Shown here one piece after another: positions 1 to 7,682 of a stretch of 64,000 nucleotides of DNA. Origin of the DNA: an uncultured Bacilli bacterium. GTDB lineage: Bacteria > Bacillota_I > Bacilli_A > RFN20 > CAG-826. Each line of letters begins with the position of its first letter. Within the stretch, counting starts at the first letter, position 1. Below the pieces are notes generated by a model, which was given only the letters and a program-made list of their open reading frames with translations, had not been told where the DNA came from and did no database searches. The position numbers were made by a program, and so were the translations under genes. The DNA lies in contig CALVNF010000002.1 of NCBI GenBank assembly GCA_944349595.1, positions 4,386-68,385 on the forward strand, in the 5' to 3' direction.

Positions 1-2847
1 CTAATCGATACTTTTAGCAAAATTAGAAGCAGAGGGCTCACCAAAGAAATATATGTGCCTAGAAAAGAACAACAAGACTGTATTAATGCATTAAAGAGAT
101 ATTTTGATAAACATCCTACTGGCGGTAGGTTCCTTTTAAACTGCAAGATGAGGTTTGGTAAGTCTTATACCACATATAAATATTGTGAAGAAGCTAATCT
201 TAGGAAAATTCTTATTCTTACTTTTATTCCTGCTGTTGAGTCTTCTTGGAAAGATGATTTAACACACATTAAAACTGAATATTTGTATTTAACGGACGAA
301 AATTTAAGACAGCCTCTTTTTCAATTATATTCTATAGATAAGCCTTATGTACTCTTTTTGTCGTTGCAGAACATGTTGGGCAAAGATAGAAATAACAATG
401 ATGTAAAAGATAAAATTAAGAAGTTAAAAGACGAACATTTTGATTTAGTAATATTAGATGAATATCACTTCGGTGCTTGGAATCAAAGAACTCAAGAAAA
501 ATTAGAGGATTTTGATCCTGAATATCAAAAAGAGTTAAGTAAGACAAAAGATGTAATTGATAAATTCGGTATTAAGACTGATAAAATTATTTGTTTATCT
601 GGTACTCCGTTTAAAGCTATTGCTAGGGGCGAATTTATTGAGGAGAATACTTTTACTTATTCGTATTTTGATGAGCAGAAGAACAAATATCCAAACGACG
701 ATATTACTCATCCTAACCCTCAATATGCTCAATTTCCAGATATGAAGATATTTGGTTATAACATGTCGGCTTTATTTGGCAATTTAACAGCCCAGGTATT
801 TTCTGATGATAAGATATTAGGAAAAAAATACTTTTCTTTGAATCGCTTCTTTGAGGTCAGAAAAGATAGCAGCGACACCGAACCTTATACATTTGTTTAT
901 GAAAAAGAAATCAAAAAATGGCTTGATATCATAAAAGGTCGTTCTGATTTTGGTCGTAATTTTCCATATTCTAAACAAGAAATGCTAGATAACAACAAGC
1001 ATACTTTATGGCTTATGCCTACAGTAAATTGTTGCATTGCAATGAGTTTGTTACTTGAAAAAGACGAATATTTTAACAAATATCAAATTATTAATCTCTC
1101 TTCTCCTGAAGTAGGTTCAGGTGTTGATGCTTATGATTTTTTGCTAGAAAACATTAATAAGGCTAATAACATAAATAAACTAGGCAGCATTGCATTAACA
1201 GTTAATAAATTAACAACAGGTGTAACCGTTAAAGATTGGTTTAGCGTCTTTGTACTAAAAGATTTAGCGTCACCTGAACAATATTTCCAATCTATATTTA
1301 GAATTCAAACTCCACTTGTAATAGATAGAGAAATAAAAAAGAAGGTTGGATATGTTTATGATTTTAACATTGATAGAGCCTCAGCCTTACTTCTAAGGTA
1401 TGCAGAAGAAACAGCTGATCAATCAGTTACTAAACTCCAAATTGCTAAGCTCATAGTTAAATATTTACCTATCTTTATGAATGGTGATATGGATAAGCCT
1501 ATCGAATATGAAGTGTTTTATCAATTAGCTCAATTTGGTGACCAAAGCAATGTACCTTTATCTAGAAAGATTACAAATCTTGAGGCTACTACGCATGCTT
1601 TAAATGAAGAAACTATGGCAGCAATGCTTAACGATCCTGAAGTCAGCGACATAATAAAAAGAGTTTTTGCTCACTCTAAATTAACTAAGAGTAAAGATAG
1701 AACAAAGCCTGCAAAGCCTGAACAAGATGGTTTTGAAACTGAAGTGGCGAAAAAAGGTCGAGATCTTGGTTATAGACTAGGGATGGAAGACTCAAAGAAT
1801 TATCTTGATTTAGATGATTCAGATGTTCAAAAAGCTTTCGAAGATAACATTGAAAAATATATCGCTGAAAACATGCCAAAAAAATACAGAGATAAAGAAA
1901 AAGTCTGGTATTCAAACGGATTTAAAAAAGGCTATGAAAGCGGAGTTAATGTTCCTATTAAGAAACTAAATTGTGGCTATGATGATGGCAAGAAATTTGT
2001 TGACGAGGTTAAGAAAAAATTCGGTGAAAATATTCATTATACAAGAGAGACTAGACCTCAAATAATGAACTTTACTAATCCATATTTAAATAACATCAAT
2101 CATATACCACTACAATATAGAGGAATGCTATATAAAAGATGGTACATTGAATCATTTGTGAGAGCAGTGAAAGATTGTTTGAGACCAGTTATAAAAGACG
2201 AAGATGGTGGAACAACAATAGATGATGCTGATAATGTGCTAAGACATATTTTAGCGAGGTTAGTTGAATTCTTATATATCAGTGTTTATAGAGAGACAAC
2301 ATTTAATGAAATATTTCAAAACGCTGACCCTAATGTATTCCTTGAGGCTGTTGGCATCCAAAAGAAGGAGTTTGAAACTTTAAACAAATATCGTGTCTTT
2401 GAAGAAAATACTCTTAATAACTATATTCATGAATTCTTTGTTAATGAATCTATTGGTAAAGACTTAACATCAAATGGGAAAGAGTCAGATCAATACCGAA
2501 ATAGTTTTGGCTGGTTTGGCTTTAATAAAATTGAGCAAGAAGTCAAAGATTATGTTAACGAAACAAATGCTAAAGCTGTTCAAGATGAAATTGCTTCTTA
2601 TAGTAATATGGTTAGCGCTGATGCCGATGCTGATTTAGATATTGAAGAAACACCACAAAGCGAAACTGCTAACGATGAGGATAGTTTAGAAGAGAGGATA
2701 ATATCTTTACTGAAAATTAACACTAAAGGTATGAGTTCTAAAAAGATAGCTAAAGCTTTGAGCGTTTCTAAAAAAGAAGTTAACAAAGTTCTTTATGAAA
2801 GCAAGAATAAATTCACTCAAGACTTTTTGTCATGGAAATTAAAGTGA
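1..2847 (+). CDS. Superfamily-2 DEAD/DEAH-type helicase family protein, 5' end outside the window, C-terminal winged-helix-like tail
   Basis: Frame 1 is open from position 1, and the listed GTG at 55 is only an internal alternative start. Motifs: Walker-A-like RFGKSYT, motif II VILDEYHFG (DExH), motif III LSGTP, motif VI-like QSIFRIQT. The C-terminus (KKIAKALSVSKKEVNKVL) looks like a wHTH. The ORF ends in TGA. Confidence 0.6.
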   Translation, partial: LIDTFSKIRSRGLTKEIYVPRKEQQDCINALKRYFDKHPTGGRFLLNCKMRFGKSYTTYKYCEEANLRKILILTFIPAVESSWKDDLTHIKTEYLYLTDENLRQPLFQLYSIDKPYVLFLSLQNMLGKDRNNNDVKDKIKKLKDEHFDLVILDEYHFGAWNQRTQEKLEDFDPEYQKELSKTKDVIDKFGIKTDKIICLSGTPFKAIARGEFIEENTFTYSYFDEQKNKYPNDDITHPNPQYAQFPDMKIFGYNMSALFGNLTAQVFSDDKILGKKYFSLNRFFEVRKDSSDTEPYTFVYEKEIKKWLDIIKGRSDFGRNFPYSKQEMLDNNKHTLWLMPTVNCCIAMSLLLEKDEYFNKYQIINLSSPEVGSGVDAYDFLLENINKANNINKLGSIALTVNKLTTGVTVKDWFSVFVLKDLASPEQYFQSIFRIQTPLVIDREIKKKVGYVYDFNIDRASALLLRYAEETADQSVTKLQIAKLIVKYLPIFMNGDMDKPIEYEVFYQLAQFGDQSNVPLSRKITNLEATTHALNEETMAAMLNDPEVSDIIKRVFAHSKLTKSKDRTKPAKPEQDGFETEVAKKGRDLGYRLGMEDSKNYLDLDDSDVQKAFEDNIEKYIAENMPKKYRDKEKVWYSNGFKKGYESGVNVPIKKLNCGYDDGKKFVDEVKKKFGENIHYTRETRPQIMNFTNPYLNNINHIPLQYRGMLYKRWYIESFVRAVKDCLRPVIKDEDGGTTIDDADNVLRHILARLVEFLYISVYRETTFNEIFQNADPNVFLEAVGIQKKEFETLNKYRVFEENTLNNYIHEFFVNESIGKDLTSNGKESDQYRNSFGWFGFNKIEQEVKDYVNETNAKAVQDEIASYSNMVSADADADLDIEETPQSETANDEDSLEERIISLLKINTKGMSSKKIAKALSVSKKEVNKVLYESKNKFTQDFLSWKLK

Positions 2848-2860
2848 GGGCAACTAACCT

Positions 2861-3154
2861 ATGGAAACTAAATCACAAGGAGTAATCTATATACTTACCA
2901 ACCCATCATTCCCTGATTACGTTAAGATTGGATAAGCTGACGATGTTCAAAAGCGTCTGAAGGAACTAAACAGGAGCGAGTGTATTCCTTTTGCTTTTAG
3001 GCTTTATGCTTATTATGAAGTTCCTAGAAGACTCACTGATATGAAGCTCCATCAAATGATAGATAAGTTAAATCCTAATCTTAGATCTATTGAGGAATTT
3101 GATGGTAAGACTAGAAAAAGTGAATATTCTAACGCTTCGGAGCTACCAGTTTAA
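2861..3154 (+). pseudogene. T5orf172 (GIY-YIG-like / MUG113-type) domain gene interrupted by an in-frame TAA
   Basis: ATG at 2861 gives METKSQGVIYILTNPSFPDYVKIG, then TAA at 2933-2935. The same frame continues as ADDVQKRLKELNRSECIPFAFRLYAYYEVPRRL...ELPV to a stop at 3152-3154. Together this is the canonical T5orf172 core (VIYILTN...KIGxxxxxxxRLxxLN). Confidence 0.6.
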
Positions 3155-3585
3155 AGCTAGAGAGCCATACCCTATTTAACTAATAATTTTGACCTTGAGA
3201 GCCATCTTTAAATTATATCCCCTAAAATATTTTTACTTGAGTTTTCATTGAGTAATTTCAACCATAATTCAGAAAAATATTATCTATAATATTTTTTAAG
3301 ACACACAATTATTCAATTTTTAAAACTTTAAATTCATATAAAAAAACATTATTTTTAGTATTATTTAATTAAGATTGATGAGTTTGGAACAAAAACGAAA
3401 ATTAATGATACATTTTTACCAACAATAGATTCTTTTAAAATTCAAAATGTAAGTAAAGACTTAAAACTAACAGAAAGAAAAAATAAATTAATAAGTGATA
3501 TCATCAGTTAAGCTAAAATTGTAATTTACAGATATTTAAAACATAATATATTATGTTTTTAATTAATATTTTTATAATAACGTGT

Positions 3586-3613
3586 TAATATTATTAAAAT
3601 TTTAATAATATTA
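3586..3613. promoter_or_regulatory. 28-bp perfect A/T palindrome (TAATATTATTAAAATTTTAATAATATTA) just upstream of the RBS of the 3631 gene; candidate operator
   Basis: Positions 3586-3613 are exactly self-complementary, centred between 3599 and 3600. An RBS (GGAG) lies at 3618-3621 and the ATG at 3631. Confidence 0.4.
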
Positions 3614-3630
3614 TATTGGAGTTTGTTATT

Positions 3631-5886
3631 ATGAAAAAAAGTAATGTATATTATGTATATAATCAATGTAAAGTTTGTAAAAATAGAAAAGAAAGAATTC
3701 AAATAATAAATGATTATCTTAAAGCTGGAAAAATTACAAAAAAAGAAGCGGAAGATATAAAAAGAAAATTAATTAAAAAACCAACTTCATATCTTGTTTA
3801 TAGCATTTTAAAAAAGTATTCATCTGTAAATAATAGATTAACAAGAGAAGATATTATTAAAAAAATTGAAGAGGATTATGGTGTTAAAATTGAATCAAAA
3901 GATACAATAAGTGCAGCCATAGAAGAAATTGGTTATATAAATTATGTTGATTTAAAAGAAAATACTTTTGATAAGTTTAATGAATCTACAATTGTAAAAG
4001 CGGGTAAAACTGGATTCTTTTTATTAGATAGTGAAAAATTATCTCTTGGAGAGATCGCTTTTATTGTAAATGCAATTTTATCATCGGTATCGCTAACTAA
4101 AAAAGAAAGTGAAGAATTCATCAAAAAAATATTAAAATTAGGAGAAAGCGATATTACTTTTCATGATTTATTAAATGTAAAAGAAAATTATAGTTATAAT
4201 TCATCACTAATTAAAATAGAAACTAATTCAACACTAGATAAATTATCATTATTAACTAGAGCTAAAGAAAATAAAAAAGATATAACTTTTGAAACAGGTG
4301 TAGGATTAATTAATAATGAAGTAGATTTAAAAAATGCATTTAATAACAAGAAAACAACAATTACTATGACTCCTTATTATATATTTTCTAAAAATGGTAA
4401 GGAAATTGTTATTGGCTCTGTTGCGAATACTAATTTTAATTATTTAAAACCAGAGAGTAATTTGAATCATAAATATCTAATATATTTATGTTATGTTCAA
4501 AACATGGAAAACATTCAAATATTAGATACTTCAACACCATTTAAAATTTATAACAAAATAAATTTTGATATGTTTATTTCTAAATTTATAAATGGAGAAA
4601 CATTTATAAAAGAAGGAACATTTCATCCAGCACAACTTAATATTATAAGGTATATATGTCTTGTAAAATCTATTTATGGACTTAAAATTTTAATTGATTT
4701 TTTTAACTTACCATTTAAAACTCAAAAACAAAAAAAGAAAATTAATATTAGTGAAGACATAAAAAATAGTTCTGTGATATCTTTAAGTAAAAGTGAACAA
4801 AATAAGCTTATAAAAGAAAGTAGTAAATATCGATATACGATCCGATTTAATACTGATTACTTTAAGATGGAATCATTTATTTCTTATATTAAAATGTATC
4901 AACTTGATTATTTAATTTTTAAAAAAGATATTTCAGGACCATTGAGAATTATTTATTCAAAAGAAGAATATCGCAAAGAACTAATTAATAAATATAATAT
5001 AGAAAATGAAAGAAATTATAAATTAACTTATATAGATAATTTAACTAAACTTCTTGCAATTAAATATAAAATTGGAGAAAAAAGTGATGAATTAAAACAT
5101 TATTTAATTAGAAATAAACTAATTGAAGAACCTCTTATTAACGGCAAATTAAAAATAGCAGAAAATTATTATTATGATAATTTTAAAAATAAATCAAATA
5201 AAGATATTTTTGAAAACTTAGATAATGATCAAATAATATATTTATATAGACATTTAAATTTTAAAGAATTAACTTATCTTGAATTAAATTTAGAATTTTT
5301 AAATGGTTTAAATATTCTTCAAAATTTAGATTTGAATTTAGATATAGATATTAACAATACATTTATAATTGGAGAAGAAAATAATAAATTAATTACATGT
5401 AATTTAGATAATATATGGTATCAAGGAATTTCTGGAGTTGGTAAAAGTACTTTTATTTCATCTCTAATAACAGATTTAATTAATTTAGATAATAATTATA
5501 AGTTTGTTATATATAATGATAAAGGTCTTTATGAATATGATGTAGATAAAGAATATTTATTAAAACCATTATTAAAAAATGCTGAAGAATTAATTAATTT
5601 TTTAAGTTCTTATCAAATAAATGATAATGAAAAGTTAGTTTTAATATTAGATGGAGCTGATTTTGATTTAACTTATCAATTAGGAATTAATAAATTAATA
5701 AATAAAATATTAACTGAAAAGAAGATTATATTAATATTAACAAGTCAAGGACAAGAATTTTTAACTAAAGAAAATTCTAATTTATTTAATATCAAAATCA
5801 ATAAAACAGAAAACAAAGAAAACGGCATAATTATAAATAAAGATAGTTATACTTATTCTATTATAAGATTTGAAGTATTTAGATAA
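3631..5886 (+). CDS. Large hypothetical protein: wHTH-like N-terminus, LRR-like repeats, C-terminal NB-ARC/STAND-like P-loop NTPase
   Basis: RBS TTGGAG precedes the ATG at 3631. The N-terminal segment LTREDIIKKIEEDYGVKIESKDTISAAIEEIGYI fits an HTH_11/DeoR-type wHTH. Residues around 520-580 (LNFKELTYLELNLEFLNGLNILQNLDLNLDIDINN) are LxxLxLxxN-like. Walker A is GISGVGKST and Walker B is LVLILDGADFD. Composition is extreme (K/N/I/Y rich, GC well below the housekeeping genes). Confidence 0.55.
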   Translation: MKKSNVYYVYNQCKVCKNRKERIQIINDYLKAGKITKKEAEDIKRKLIKKPTSYLVYSILKKYSSVNNRLTREDIIKKIEEDYGVKIESKDTISAAIEEIGYINYVDLKENTFDKFNESTIVKAGKTGFFLLDSEKLSLGEIAFIVNAILSSVSLTKKESEEFIKKILKLGESDITFHDLLNVKENYSYNSSLIKIETNSTLDKLSLLTRAKENKKDITFETGVGLINNEVDLKNAFNNKKTTITMTPYYIFSKNGKEIVIGSVANTNFNYLKPESNLNHKYLIYLCYVQNMENIQILDTSTPFKIYNKINFDMFISKFINGETFIKEGTFHPAQLNIIRYICLVKSIYGLKILIDFFNLPFKTQKQKKKINISEDIKNSSVISLSKSEQNKLIKESSKYRYTIRFNTDYFKMESFISYIKMYQLDYLIFKKDISGPLRIIYSKEEYRKELINKYNIENERNYKLTYIDNLTKLLAIKYKIGEKSDELKHYLIRNKLIEEPLINGKLKIAENYYYDNFKNKSNKDIFENLDNDQIIYLYRHLNFKELTYLELNLEFLNGLNILQNLDLNLDIDINNTFIIGEENNKLITCNLDNIWYQGISGVGKSTFISSLITDLINLDNNYKFVIYNDKGLYEYDVDKEYLLKPLLKNAEELINFLSSYQINDNEKLVLILDGADFDLTYQLGINKLINKILTEKKIILILTSQGQEFLTKENSNLFNIKINKTENKENGIIINKDSYTYSIIRFEVFR

Positions 5887-5891
5887 TACTT

Positions 5892-6557
5892 TTATAAATT
5901 ATTCATCATATTATTTTCTTTTCGATATTTATTGTATTCTTTAAATTTATCAGGGAATTTGTACACTATACAAATTACCATTATAAATTTCATATACATA
6001 CCAAAATTTTCAATTTTTTTATCATCAATTTCTCCACAAGTTAAAGCATTTAAGTTATTATACATATCAATAACTTTTACTAGACTTGCCGTTGGATTTA
6101 TAATTAGTTTAGATATATATTCATCATATGATTCACTTTTATTATGAGTTAATAGTAAAAGTGATGCTTTAATATTAACTTGAAAATAACTTAATAAATC
6201 AACTTCATTAAATAAATTTTCTAAATCATTTATTGTCAATTTTGTGTCTTCAATTATATCATGAAGACAACATAATTCTTGCACACCTCTATATGGTATT
6301 TCTAATTCGTCTAATTTATCTAAATCTATCGAATTAGGATTATTATTAATTCCAATTAAATCTTGATATAATTCCATACATCTAAGTGGATGAAAATAAT
6401 AATATTCTTCGTTTAATCTAACTTGATCTTGATGAGCATAATAAGCAATCATTATTGACAAAAATACACTATATTGAGATAACTCTTTTGCTTGGTCAAT
6501 TGTAATGTTTTTATGCTTACTATAATAATTAATTACTTCTCCATATAATTTATTCAT
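5892..6557 (-). CDS. Stand-alone HD-domain (p)ppGpp-hydrolase-like protein (small alarmone hydrolase, Rel/SpoT/Mesh1 family)
   Basis: Rel/SpoT hydrolase motifs: R-x-N-x3-YYYFHP (HD1), LCCLHDIIEDT (the HDxxED signature), and VKVIDMYNNLNAL (cf. LADRLHNMRTL). The start is placed at MNKLYGEV behind a GGAGGT RBS. Confidence 0.7.
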   Translation of the reverse strand: MNKLYGEVINYYSKHKNITIDQAKELSQYSVFLSIMIAYYAHQDQVRLNEEYYYFHPLRCMELYQDLIGINNNPNSIDLDKLDELEIPYRGVQELCCLHDIIEDTKLTINDLENLFNEVDLLSYFQVNIKASLLLLTHNKSESYDEYISKLIINPTASLVKVIDMYNNLNALTCGEIDDKKIENFGMYMKFIMVICIVYKFPDKFKEYNKYRKENNMMNNL

Positions 6558-6648
6558 TTTTTTACCTCCAGTAATTACAAAATAAATATAAAACATAAAT
6601 TATTAGTTTTGGTAAAATCTCATTTGACTAATATGGTATTATATAAAT

Positions 6649-7035
6649 ATGAGTTTAGAAGAATATATTAAATTTCATAAAACTAACAAAGAAAAATCAT
6701 TAGATTTTGTAAGTTATTTATATTATTTAATGGATAAATATAAATTTGATTCGGTAACTTTATATAATAAAGCAAATATTAGTAAGCAATTATTTTCTAG
6801 TGTAATATCTAATAAATCAAAACCAAGTATTAATTTTATTATCAAAATTGTCTTTGCAATGCATGTCAATAATCATGAATGTAAATATTTATTAAAAAAA
6901 GCTAATTTTACATTAGCTTCTAATTCTAATTATTCATTAATTATTCGTTATTTTATTGAAAGTAGTAATTTTGATTTAAATAAACTAAATGATGCTTTAA
7001 TAAAATACGGATATCAGGATAAAATAATTTATTAA
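6649..7035 (+). CDS. XRE-family helix-turn-helix protein, divergent from the HD hydrolase gene
   Basis: The central segment TLYNKANISKQLFSSVISNKSKPSINFIIKIVFAMHV matches the Cro/C1 HTH pattern (ISxxxxSxxxxxxxxPSxxxxxKIxxAL). Confidence 0.5.
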   Translation: MSLEEYIKFHKTNKEKSLDFVSYLYYLMDKYKFDSVTLYNKANISKQLFSSVISNKSKPSINFIIKIVFAMHVNNHECKYLLKKANFTLASNSNYSLIIRYFIESSNFDLNKLNDALIKYGYQDKIIY

Positions 7036-7118
7036 AAACATTAAATATTACGCTTTAATACAAACCTTAATAATAATTTTATTAATATGAAATAATATTT
7101 GTATTAGGAGATTTTAAA

Positions 7119-7271
7119 ATGAGTGAGATTAACAAAAACAATAATAATTTCAATATTGGTAATAAAGATACCGATGAAATTAATGAAGAGTTTGGAAATG
7201 AATTAAGAGATTTTTTTCAATCATTAATTGATGAAGAATTTGACGATGATGACGAAGATGATGAATATTAA
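7119..7271 (+). CDS. Small highly acidic protein (50 aa; C-terminus EEFDDDDEDDEY), not in the supplied ORF track
   Basis: AGGAG RBS at 7106-7110, ATG at 7119, and the ORF MSEINKNNNNFNIGNKDTDEINEEFGNELRDFFQSLIDEEFDDDDEDDEY runs to TAA at 7269-7271. It sits tightly upstream of the next gene. Confidence 0.45.
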   Translation: MSEINKNNNNFNIGNKDTDEINEEFGNELRDFFQSLIDEEFDDDDEDDEY

Positions 7272-7283
7272 TTGGAGGATTTT

Positions 7284-7574
7284 ATGAAAAAATATAGTTA
7301 TTTAATGTTTGTTGAAAGTGGTGAAGGACAAAGGGTTTATACAAGAAGAGATGGTATCAGATTAAGACTTGTTGGTGAAAAAGAAGATTATAATATTATT
7401 AATAATTTAAAATTTGATGAATGGAATTGCACAACCTTTAAAGATTTAGGAGAAGCAGGATATGATTTAATTCATGTTGTTAATTCAGGAATTTTCTTAA
7501 ATAAAGGTTCTTCTAGAGAAGGTGGAGTTCTTGAAATTGCTTATTTATTTAAAGCGGAATTTGAAGAAAATTAA
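7284..7574 (+). CDS. Hypothetical small protein (96 aa)
   Basis: RBS TTGGAGGA at 7272-7279 and ATG at 7284 (MKKYSYLMFVESGEGQRVYTRRDGIRLRL...). Likely co-transcribed with the acidic ORF. Confidence 0.5.
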   Translation: MKKYSYLMFVESGEGQRVYTRRDGIRLRLVGEKEDYNIINNLKFDEWNCTTFKDLGEAGYDLIHVVNSGIFLNKGSSREGGVLEIAYLFKAEFEEN

Positions 7575-7682
7575 ATAAATTATAAAAAAACATTAATTTA
7601 AATTATTTTAATTAATAAAAATAACTTTATATATATTTGCTCATAAAGAGTAAAATAATTATATATAAAGGTGGTCTTTAAT

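Noticed and set aside
557-2786. Short ORFs inside or antisense to the first helicase gene (557-745, 897-1079, 1685-1915, 2598-2786)
   Set aside because: Nested in a long ORF with helicase motifs, with hydrophobic or low-complexity translations typical of shadow frames.
2845-2863. Possibility that the helicase TGA (2845-2847) is read through to make a helicase-T5orf172 fusion
   Set aside because: The T5orf172 ATG is in a different frame 13 nt downstream. Other genes in the window terminate at TGA, so there is no evidence for recoding. More likely two genes, or a decayed fusion.
5932-6147. Listed plus-strand 71-aa ORF
   Set aside because: Antisense to the HD hydrolase gene, which has recognisable motifs. 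No RBS.
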